DNA of 64,000 bases from Planctomycetota bacterium (GTDB lineage: Bacteria > Planctomycetota > UBA11346): positions 13,891-77,890 of the forward strand of contig JACCZE010000036.1 in assembly GCA_013696105.1 (NCBI GenBank). Direction: 5' to 3'. A program made the position numbers and the translations under genes. The notes under the pieces are model-generated. The model was not told the DNA's origin. It saw only the letters and a program-made list of their open reading frames with translations, and did no database searches. Below are positions 34,101 to 41,568 of this stretch, piece by piece (the first letter of the stretch is position 1; each line of letters begins with the position of its first letter).

Positions 34101-34653
34101 GGAGCACCCCCTTCGCCTGCAGGCAGTTGGCCAAGGCGGAGCGCGCGCGGAAGAGCATGCCGCGCACCCAGGTATCGGTCTGCTGACGCGCCTTGGCGAT
34201 GTCGGCGGATGGCTGGCCTTGCCAATAGAACGCATCGAGCACGGTCCGGGCGGGCTCACCGAGCTTGGCCAGGCATTCGCCGAGGCGATCGAGCGCATCG
34301 TCGTTGTCCGAAGTCAACGCTGCGACCAGGCTCCCTTCGAGCTGGTGTTCGATGTCGGCGCGGAAGCTGCGCTTCATGCGCTGCTCGCGCATCCAGCCCC
34401 GGCGTTCGTTCAGCGCGACGTGTCGGGCGATGGTCTTGATCCATGCACTGAAATCGCTGCCGCTCTGGTAGTCGCGCAGCTTGCGGAAGGCGACCACGAA
34501 GGTCTCCTGCACGATGTCGTCGACCTGGTCATTCCGGGGCAGGATGGCGGCGATGATGATGCGGACCTTGGTCTCGTAGCCCTCGACGATGCTGCGGAAC
34601 GCTTCGCGATCCCCGGACAGGACGGCGGCTACGGCTTCGTCGGTGGTGGTCAT
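34090..34653 (-). CDS. ECF-type RNA polymerase sigma-70 factor
   Basis: 187 aa. Region 2 DDIVQETFVVAFRKLRDYQSGSDFSAWIKTIARHVALNERR. Region 4 ARTVLDAFYWQGQPSADIAKARQQTDTWVRGMLFRARSALANCL. Confidence 0.9.
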   Translation of the reverse strand: MTTTDEAVAAVLSGDREAFRSIVEGYETKVRIIIAAILPRNDQVDDIVQETFVVAFRKLRDYQSGSDFSAWIKTIARHVALNERRGWMREQRMKRSFRADIEHQLEGSLVAALTSDNDDALDRLGECLAKLGEPARTVLDAFYWQGQPSADIAKARQQTDTWVRGMLFRARSALANCLQAKGVLRGG

Positions 34654-34768
34654 GGGCAGAGGTCCTGAAGCACGGTAGCACCCCCCTCCACCCGCACTAT
34701 GTCCACTCGGCGGCGGATGTTTGCTCGAAGCGGCAGAGGCTTCGGATCGGTCGAACCCTAGCAGACTG

Positions 34769-37453
34769 CTAGCGTCCGATGAGGTAGTACATCGTCGACG
34801 GCTTCAGTACGATGTCGGCAGCGGTTCCGATCACGCCGACCGCGCCAATCGCCACATCGACCGTTCCGTCCACGCCCAGAGCGGTCACCGGCAGCCCGGC
34901 CGCGTCGGGCCGCGACAAGGACACCCGGCCGGCGAACGTCTTGGCGAGCATCGGCGGCCCTCCGGTGGCAGTGATCGCGCGCAGGCCCGTGCCGGGTGCG
35001 GTCCATCCGGAGTTCGATTCCTCGGACATGACCTGGAGCAGCATCTTCTGGGACGATGCCAGCGGCTTGCCGTCGAGCGCGACCACCAGCACCGAGCCAT
35101 AGTCGAGAGCGACGGCGATGCGCGCGCAGCCGAGCGTGATCGTACGTCCGGCGAGGAAGCCCGTCGCTCCTTGCGCCTGCGGCGAGTCGACGGTGACCAG
35201 TCCGTTCGCGTGGTCCCAGCGAAGCTCTCCAGTCGAACTGGTGACGACCGACGCCGCTCGGTCGATGCGCGACGACAGGTCGGGTACCACCGTGGCACCG
35301 CCAGCGTCGTCGATCGCGACCGCGATCGGGCCGATCAGCCACGCCAACGGATCGATGAGCGAGGCATCGGCACGCGCGGCAGGAGCGGCCCCAGGCACAT
35401 CGCGCGCGCGCAGCGCGTCCAGGTTCTGTCCCGGATCGAACGGGGACCCTTTCAGCGCGAACAGGTCGGAGAGCTTCAGCCGCACCGCCGCGGACGGGGT
35501 TCCGGCGGTGATCATGCCCGCGCGATACATCAGCGCCGCCGCGGGGAACTGGCCCATGATCGCCGGATCGTGGATGGCGAACTTCCCGATGCTCCGGTCC
35601 CACGACGGGCTGACGGTGGCGAAAAAGCAGATCGCGTCGGTGCCCTGCAGCGAACCGTACGCCGCGGCGAGGAGCGGGAGATCGGCGCGGAAGCGATTGG
35701 GCTGGGTCCAACCCAGTTCGCTGATCATCGACGGCTTGCCGTCGTACTGCACGTCCATGAGCGGCAAGGAGGCCGAACGCGGTGTCGTCTTGCCCGCGAC
35801 CGGAGCATCGGTGGGATCGAAGCGCAACGCGCACGCGTCGTCGTAATGCTCGCCGACGTTGACCGAATAGCCGACGCGATCGCTGCCCACGTGCGGTCCG
35901 CCGTAATAGCCGTGGTGATCCATCACGTCGCCCGCGGAAGTGGACCACTTGTCCAGCGGTCCGAGCAGGCGCGCATCCGCGGTGATCCAGTTCGACGCGA
36001 TCACGCTGCCGCGGAAACGCAATTGGTCGCGCAGGTAGGCCGCGATGTCGGCATAGAACGTCCGCTGCAGCTCGGCCAGGAAACGCGTCTGGGCCTGGGC
36101 GCGCGCGTCCCGGCGCTGGGTCAGGTCCCACATGCCCATCAGGCCGACACGACCGGCCGCGGCATCGTCGCCACGCACCGGCGGACCGCCCCAGTCGGCC
36201 AGCGCGCGTCCGGGCGCGAGTCCAGAGCGCTCGAGCCATGCTGCGAATCGCCGCTCGAATGCGTCCATGGTCGCGGCGGGGATGACGTCGTAGGGCTTGA
36301 AGGTCCAGAAGAAGCACGAGTCCTCATTGACCAGCTCGGCGAACGCCAGCGCGGGATCCTCGGCGAGCGCGAGGCCGGTATGCGGATTCACGGTGGCGAG
36401 GAGCCCTTGCCACCAGCCTCGGTAGATGCGTTGCAACCGCTCATCGAGATACAGCAGCGCGAACGGCACGGTACCGTCGTAGCCCGCGAAGCCGTCCTGC
36501 GGACGCAGCTGCAGCCACAGCGGGAAATAGATCGACAGCTCGGTATAGATGCCTTGGCGCTTCAGCGCCGCCTGGAAGCGGCAGAAGCGTTCGATGCGAT
36601 CGGGGTCGAGCTCGGCGATCGCGTCCGGCTTCCAGAATGGTCCATGGTAGCGCACCAGGTTCACGCCGAGCTTGGCCAGGCGGCGTGCGAACGCGTCCAT
36701 CGTCGCCGCGTCCAGCTTGAGCACATCGGGGCCGCAGTTGATCGCCCAGAAGCGCACGGGCTTGCCGGTAGTGGAATGGACCAGGCGCTCGCCGTCGGGA
36801 CGGATGAAGCCCCCATCGCCGGCTGCGGCCTCGTTCAACCGACGCAGATCGATGGGCGTGGGCGCGAAGCGGTCCGGGTCGGGGTCGAACGCGAACCAGC
36901 CGGCGGGGGCGTCGCTCTGGCGTTCGCCCGGCTTGAGCTTCCCGCGCGGCGTGAACGGGTCCGGAGTGAGCAGGAAACAGTCGAACGCGCCCCCGCCGTC
37001 CGCGTCCAGCAGCTCGACGCGCAGCCGGTGGGTTCCCGCCGCCAGCTCGACGGATCCGAGCGAGACCCAGTTCGCGCAGATGAACTGGCGTAATTCGACC
37101 GTATCCAGGAGCGCAGCGTCGGCGCCGCAGGTGGTCCACGGCCGATCGTCGAAGCGCCAGCGGAACGGACCGTGCTGCCAGAACTTCCGCACGTAGAAGC
37201 GCAGAGACCCTGCGGATTCGGGCGGGACCACCACGTCGTACTCGGCGAACATGATCTCGCCCGGCTTGCTGGCGCCGATCCACGAGCCGCCCGACAGCGC
37301 CGAGGCCTCCTGCGCGTTCAGCGGCGCGAAGGGGTTTGCGGCGGGAAAGTTCTCGGCCGCCGCATCCTCGGCTTCCCACCAGATGGAGCGGTCGGCCGCA
37401 CCCAACGCGGCGAGAAACCAGAGGAGCAACGTCGCCACACGCAGCGCGATCAT
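34769..37453 (-). CDS. secreted glycoside hydrolase, clan GH-A (GH5-like) TIM barrel with N-terminal CBM-like domain
   Basis: 894 aa with signal peptide MIALRVATLLLWFLAALGAA. N-terminal beta-sandwich-like SIWWEAEDAAAENF...THRLRVELL. Barrel with AFAELVNEDSCFFW (acid/base-type NE) and MISELGW. Family assignment is by motif only. Confidence 0.7.
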   Translation of the reverse strand: MIALRVATLLLWFLAALGAADRSIWWEAEDAAAENFPAANPFAPLNAQEASALSGGSWIGASKPGEIMFAEYDVVVPPESAGSLRFYVRKFWQHGPFRWRFDDRPWTTCGADAALLDTVELRQFICANWVSLGSVELAAGTHRLRVELLDADGGGAFDCFLLTPDPFTPRGKLKPGERQSDAPAGWFAFDPDPDRFAPTPIDLRRLNEAAAGDGGFIRPDGERLVHSTTGKPVRFWAINCGPDVLKLDAATMDAFARRLAKLGVNLVRYHGPFWKPDAIAELDPDRIERFCRFQAALKRQGIYTELSIYFPLWLQLRPQDGFAGYDGTVPFALLYLDERLQRIYRGWWQGLLATVNPHTGLALAEDPALAFAELVNEDSCFFWTFKPYDVIPAATMDAFERRFAAWLERSGLAPGRALADWGGPPVRGDDAAAGRVGLMGMWDLTQRRDARAQAQTRFLAELQRTFYADIAAYLRDQLRFRGSVIASNWITADARLLGPLDKWSTSAGDVMDHHGYYGGPHVGSDRVGYSVNVGEHYDDACALRFDPTDAPVAGKTTPRSASLPLMDVQYDGKPSMISELGWTQPNRFRADLPLLAAAYGSLQGTDAICFFATVSPSWDRSIGKFAIHDPAIMGQFPAAALMYRAGMITAGTPSAAVRLKLSDLFALKGSPFDPGQNLDALRARDVPGAAPAARADASLIDPLAWLIGPIAVAIDDAGGATVVPDLSSRIDRAASVVTSSTGELRWDHANGLVTVDSPQAQGATGFLAGRTITLGCARIAVALDYGSVLVVALDGKPLASSQKMLLQVMSEESNSGWTAPGTGLRAITATGGPPMLAKTFAGRVSLSRPDAAGLPVTALGVDGTVDVAIGAVGVIGTAADIVLKPSTMYYLIGR

Positions 37454-37947
37454 CGCGACCCTTTCTTCGGTCGCGCCGGTTTCGCCGGAGGCTCTGGGCG
37501 CGCCGCGAGGGCGAGGATGATCTTGGCCTCGGCAGGGGTCACCGGCTGCACCGACAGTCGGGTATTGTTGAGCAGCACCATCTCTTCGAGATCGGGAACG
37601 GTATGCAGTTCGTCCAAGGGCAGCAGACGGGGGAACGTGCGCACGTAGGTCACGTCGACCATCATCCAGCGCGGCTTCTCGGGCGTCGACTTCGAGTCGA
37701 AGTAGTCCGACGACGGATCCCAGGCGGTGTGATCCGGGTACGCGGCGCGGGCGATGCGGCCGAGACCAGCGATGCCGCTGGGCTTGGCGCTCGAATGGTG
37801 CACGAACACCTGATCGCCGACCGCCATCGCCATCATGTGGTTGCGCGCCTGGTAGTTGCGCACGCCGTCCCAGGGGCTGGTGCCCTTCTTCGCGAGATCG
37901 GCGATGCCGAAGACGTCGGGTTCGGATTTCATCAGCCAGTGTCGCAT
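37450..37947 (-). CDS. EVE (PUA-like) domain protein
   Basis: 165 aa. MRHWLMKSEPDVFGIADLAKKGTSPWDGVRNYQARNHMMAMAVGDQVFVHHS... is the canonical EVE-domain N-terminus. Its stop overlaps the downstream GH start (ATGA at 37450..37453). Confidence 0.9.
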   Translation of the reverse strand: MRHWLMKSEPDVFGIADLAKKGTSPWDGVRNYQARNHMMAMAVGDQVFVHHSSAKPSGIAGLGRIARAAYPDHTAWDPSSDYFDSKSTPEKPRWMMVDVTYVRTFPRLLPLDELHTVPDLEEMVLLNNTRLSVQPVTPAEAKIILALAARPEPPAKPARPKKGSR

Positions 37948-37995
37948 CGCGGGATCATGGACGCGCCGCGCGGCGAGGCGAGCGATTCGCCTCGG

Positions 37996-38967
37996 TCATT
38001 CGCCAGCGCGCCAGCCCGACGGCGTCCGGCCGGTCACGCGCTTGAAGACCTCGCTGAAATATTGCGATGAGCAGAACCCGAAATCGAGCGCGACCCCGGT
38101 CACCGACGTGCGTCGGTCCGAGCGCAGGCGTTCGGCCGCGGCCTCGATGCGCAGCCGGGTCAGGTGCTCGAGCGGCGTGCGGCCGAAGGCCCGCTTGAAG
38201 GCCACGGCGAAATGGCCGGGCGACAGACCCATCCACGACGCCATCTCGGCCAGCGACGGCGGTGCGCCCAGCGACGCGTGCAGACGCTGATCGACGAGGG
38301 CGAAATCCCGGCGGGTCGGTGCAGCCAGATGCGCATCGTCGCCGACGCGAGCTGCGATCGCCAGCCGCGTGACCATCACTGCCAGTTCGACCAGCAGGGC
38401 CTGGAGCATGACGATCGACATCCGCCGCTGCGGATCGGAGACCGCAGGCAGCTCTTCGAGCTCCTGGCGGATCGCGGCGAAGATGCGCGCGGTGCGCCCC
38501 CCTCCCGGGATGACCCTCCGCCGCGGCGCCAGCGCGTCGACCGCGCTCGCCTCGGCCGCGCCCAGGGCCGGATCGCCGATGCCGGCAACCAAGGAACCGA
38601 GGTCGAAGCCGATGGCGTAGTTGTGCTGGGGATCGCGGGCATCGGCCCGACCATCGTGGACTTCGCCCGGGCTGGTGATGTACAGGTCACCGGCGCCAAG
38701 CGAAAAGGTGCCGTCGGGGTTGGTCCAGTGGGCGCGGCCGGCGACGATCAAGCAGACCTCGAAGGTGTCGTGCCGGTGCGGCGGCAGTACCATGCCCGGG
38801 GGCACTTTGGCTTCATTGAAGTGCGCGAGCGCGGGCAGTTCCACCACCGGCCGTTCCCAGGCCCGGATCCACAGGTCGCGCACTCGCTGCGCGGGTCCCG
38901 CAGCGCGTGGGGCGGGCGCTCCTACGGCTCGGCGTGGTGTGGGCGCGGATCGTCGTTTCGTGGACAT
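37996..38967 (-). CDS. AraC-family transcriptional regulator (cupin N-terminus + HTH_18)
   Basis: 323 aa. Cupin PPHRHDTFEVCLIVAGRAHW...GDLYITSPGEVH. HTH SLAEMASWMGLSPGHFAVAFKRAFGRTPLEHLTRLRIEAAAERL...ALDFGFCSSQYFSEVFKRVTGRTPSGW. Confidence 0.9.
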   Translation of the reverse strand: MSTKRRSAPTPRRAVGAPAPRAAGPAQRVRDLWIRAWERPVVELPALAHFNEAKVPPGMVLPPHRHDTFEVCLIVAGRAHWTNPDGTFSLGAGDLYITSPGEVHDGRADARDPQHNYAIGFDLGSLVAGIGDPALGAAEASAVDALAPRRRVIPGGGRTARIFAAIRQELEELPAVSDPQRRMSIVMLQALLVELAVMVTRLAIAARVGDDAHLAAPTRRDFALVDQRLHASLGAPPSLAEMASWMGLSPGHFAVAFKRAFGRTPLEHLTRLRIEAAAERLRSDRRTSVTGVALDFGFCSSQYFSEVFKRVTGRTPSGWRAGE

Positions 38968-39018
38968 CGGACCTCGCGATCACGGACGCGGACCGCTGCG
39001 CAAGCGTACCATGCCGGC

Positions 39019-39882
39019 ATGCCCACACCAACCATCGCATCCGCTCCCCGCACCGTGCTCACCCGCGACGAGATCGACGGTTTCGACCGCGACGGTTTCC
39101 ACATCCACGAGGTCCTGTTCTCGCCCGACGAACTCTCGGTCATCGCCGACGCGTGCGAACGTGTCGCGCAGCGACAGTACGCCACCGGCACCCCGCCCGA
39201 TGCGCGGGGTTGGGAACCCGAGGCTCCGCCGCAGGCCGTGTGCAAGATCGACAACGCTTGGAAGAGCGATCCGGCCATTGCAGCTGCGGTGACCGACGAA
39301 CGCATCGGCCACATCGCCGCGCAGCTGGTGCGCGCCAATGGCATCCGCCTGTGGCACGACCAGTATCTGCGCAAACCAGCTGCGGGCGGCAAGATCGTGA
39401 CCTGGCACCAGGACTGGATGTTCTGGCAATGCATCGACCGCTGCCGCACCGTCACCTGCTGGATCGCGCTCGCCGACGTCACCAGCGAGAGCGGACCGAT
39501 GCTGTTCCTCGCCGGAAGCCATCACCTCGGTCTGCAGATGCAGGCCAAGCCGGGAGACTGGACCGGCGAGCACCTCTCTCCCCCGCCTGCGGACGGTCAG
39601 CGCGTGGTGCCGGTGGTGATGCGCGCCGGACAGGTGTCATTCCACCATGGGCTGCTGATGCACGGCAGCGATCGCAATCACAGCGACACCGACCGCGTTT
39701 CGCTGGTGACGCATGTGATGGCCGACGATTGCGCCTACCGGCCGGGCATGCCGCATGTGTGCGAACAGGCGATGCGCCGGTACGATGACCATCCCGCAGC
39801 AGGCGAACCCTTCCGGGGACCGCAGTTCCCGTACGCCTGGCGTGAAGATTCCGCACTGGATCACGCAGCCCGAGGAGCCTAG
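39019..39882 (+). CDS. phytanoyl-CoA dioxygenase (PhyH) family Fe(II)/2-oxoglutarate oxygenase
   Basis: In-frame ATG at 39019 (MPTPTIASAPRTVLTRDEIDGFDRDGFHIHEVLF). HxD in VTWHQDWMFW and distal His in SFHHGLLMHGSDRN. The upstream part of track ORF 38164..39882 is antisense to the AraC gene. Confidence 0.85.
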   Translation: MPTPTIASAPRTVLTRDEIDGFDRDGFHIHEVLFSPDELSVIADACERVAQRQYATGTPPDARGWEPEAPPQAVCKIDNAWKSDPAIAAAVTDERIGHIAAQLVRANGIRLWHDQYLRKPAAGGKIVTWHQDWMFWQCIDRCRTVTCWIALADVTSESGPMLFLAGSHHLGLQMQAKPGDWTGEHLSPPPADGQRVVPVVMRAGQVSFHHGLLMHGSDRNHSDTDRVSLVTHVMADDCAYRPGMPHVCEQAMRRYDDHPAAGEPFRGPQFPYAWREDSALDHAARGA

Positions 39883-39972
39883 GTGCGTCCACTCCGCCTC
39901 GCCGCGGAAACGGGCTTTGGCTATGGCTTCGGGCTATGGCCGTGATCTTCCCCGCTTTTAGTGGACCACCGA

Positions 39973-40194
39973 TTAAGCAACTCTTGCGAGTTGCGCTTCA
40001 AAGGCTGCAGGGCTGAGATACCCCAGCGCTGAATGGGTCCGAACACGGTTATAGAAGGATTCGATATACTCGAAGATGACCGCCTTGGCCTGTTGGCGAG
40101 TCTGGAAATGGTGACGGTGGATCAACTCGACCTTCAGGGTGTGGAAGAAGGACTCCATAGCGGCGTTGTCGTAACAGCAGGCCCGCCGGCTCAA
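39973..40194 (-). pseudogene. IS3 transposase orfB, C-terminal fragment only
   Basis: CYDNAAMESFFHTLKVELIHRHHFQTRQQAKAVIFEYIESFYNRVRTHSALGYLSPAAFE is the conserved tail of IS3-family (rve) transposases. The DDE core is missing. Confidence 0.8.
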
Positions 40195-40285
40195 CCCATC
40201 GGCCGTTCACGAGAACGTACTTTCGAGGCTCGATTTCTTAGCAGCAGCTTAACCTGTTCCACTTGGACCTCGCGTGCTTTCCTGC

Positions 40286-40686
40286 CTACGCATGAAGCAC
40301 ATCGTTACCGATGTACCTCCAAGGCTGGATATCAGGCCCGTGGCGAGCGGTTACCTGAGGAGGATTCCCACCTCCTTGAGAATAGGGGCCTTGCCAGGCC
40401 GCATCTAAAATATCCCGCTCCATCTCCAGCACGCGGATACGGCGGCGAGCTTCCTCCAACTCCGCCTCGACGCTCGTGCCGCTGCCAGAGCCGCCAGACG
40501 TCACTGCCACTGTCTGCTGGGACTGCCGCCACCACCGGTACAGCATGGTCGGATGGACACCGAGTTCATCGGCAGCCCGCGAGAAGCCAACGTCCTCGCG
40601 AAGGGCCACTTAACGGCCTCCTCTTTGAATTCCTTGGTGTACTGACGGCGGGACTTGGGACCCTTAAATCGGAGATTGTCGTTCAT
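40286..40686 (-). pseudogene. IS3 transposase orfA, frame-disrupted
   Basis: MNDNLRFKGPKSRRQYTKEFKEEAVK (from ATG 40686) continues in another frame as REDVGFSRAADELGVHPTMLYRWWRQ...LEEARRRIRVLEMERDIL. The break falls inside the HTH region, not at the normal orfA/orfB frameshift site. Confidence 0.75.
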
Positions 40687-40749
40687 GGGGTGACCACCTG
40701 TCTGCGAGCGTGGCTCGCTTACGGGGTGGTCCACTGAAACGGGGGAGGA

Positions 40750-41175
40750 TCACCTCTCATTCCAGCATGGGAGGAACGCGGGTGTGGACACCGATCGCCG
40801 GCGTGAAAGCGCGAACCACGCCGCTGGAAGGATCAGCAGCCCCATGATGATCGCATCGTGGAGCGGCTGCCCTGCCGATGCGGAGATCGCTCCGAGGCAC
40901 AGGCAGTCGTCGTTCGGGAACGACGAGATCCTGAGAGCGCCGAACAGGATCCCGAGCAGGAGCGCATTCGCCATTCCCGGGTCGCGCCAGCGCGGAATGA
41001 GGATCATGACCCCGATCGCGACCTCGAGAACGCAGGCGCACAACACCAGGAAGTCGTACGGGTAGACCCCGACCAGCCAGGCGATCGGGAACACTGATGT
41101 CGCCAACAGCCAGGCCTTGGCGCAGCCGATCGCGACCAGGACGACGCCGACGATGGTCGCGACCAGGGCCTTCAC
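40750..41175 (-). CDS. MauE/DoxX-like redox-associated membrane protein
   Basis: GTG start at 41175 overlapping the rhodanese stop (GTGA). 141 aa with four predicted TM segments (ALVATIVGVVLVAIGCAKAWLL, FLVLCACVLEVAIGVMILI, ANALLLGILFGALRI, AIIMGLLILPAAWFAL). Stop codon TGA 40750..40752 lies inside the IS terminal repeat. Confidence 0.6.
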   Translation of the reverse strand: MKALVATIVGVVLVAIGCAKAWLLATSVFPIAWLVGVYPYDFLVLCACVLEVAIGVMILIPRWRDPGMANALLLGILFGALRISSFPNDDCLCLGAISASAGQPLHDAIIMGLLILPAAWFALSRRRSVSTPAFLPCWNER

Positions 41176-41555
41176 GGGTTGGCTGCCTTCCAAGCGGCAT
41201 ATCCCGGAATGTACACGACGATGGGTCGCCCGAGGGCGGCGGAGAGCGATGCCGCCGCGAGCTGTCCGTCGCCGCAGTCCGCGTCGGAGCAATAGACGAC
41301 GATGGTGCCCGACGGCGGCGAGGTTGTCAGGGTGAACGGATCCGCCTCGAAGCGGCCGGCGCGGAACGCCAGGCTGATGGCACCGGGCACGTGGCCCTGG
41401 TCGTACGCCGCGCGTGGGCGTACGTCGATGACCACTCGTGCATCCGCTGGCCAGATGGAGACACGGGCGACCTGCGCCTCGCCGCGATGGCGGGCGGCCG
41501 AGATGGTGGCGATGGCGATGGCGACCACTGGGGCCGCGACCCATGGCAGCAGCAC
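41172..41555 (-). CDS. membrane-anchored rhodanese-domain protein
   Basis: Probable GTG start at 41555 (VLLPWVAAPVVAIAIATISAA = TM). Rhodanese core VIDVRPRAAYDQGHVPGAISL...IVVYCSDADCGDGQLAAASL...GYAAWKAA, with the active-site-position Cys in VYCSDADCG. The track ORF 41172..41804 runs back into the upstream gene. Confidence 0.7.
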   Translation of the reverse strand: MLLPWVAAPVVAIAIATISAARHRGEAQVARVSIWPADARVVIDVRPRAAYDQGHVPGAISLAFRAGRFEADPFTLTTSPPSGTIVVYCSDADCGDGQLAAASLSAALGRPIVVYIPGYAAWKAANP

Positions 41556-41568
41556 CTGGGCGATGAAA

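Larger units (their letters stand above)
39942..40753 (-). mobile_element. decayed IS3-family insertion sequence (internally deleted, ~0.8 kb)
   Basis: Imperfect ~29-bp terminal inverted repeats: gtgatcttccccgcttttagtggaccacc (39942..) versus the reverse complement of 40725..40753 (gtgatcctcccccgtttcagtggaccacc). Carries orfA and orfB fragments only. Confidence 0.8.

Noticed and set aside
37450-37947. EVE domain protein as part of an anti-phage system
   Set aside because: It is a stand-alone 165-aa EVE domain with no fused or adjacent nuclease, helicase or methyltransferase. Its neighbours are an AraC regulator and a glycosidase.
38164-39018. N-terminal 285 codons of track ORF 38164..39882
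   Set aside because: This part is antisense to the AraC gene 37996..38967 and has junk composition. The PhyH-like sequence starts at the in-frame ATG at 39019.
41176-41544. Upstream part of track ORF 40750..41544, and track ORF 41172..41804 as a 210-aa protein
   Set aside because: These extensions overlap the rhodanese gene and the end of the upstream gene in other frames and are Arg/Pro-rich. The membrane protein is better explained by GTG 41175 and the rhodanese by GTG 41555.
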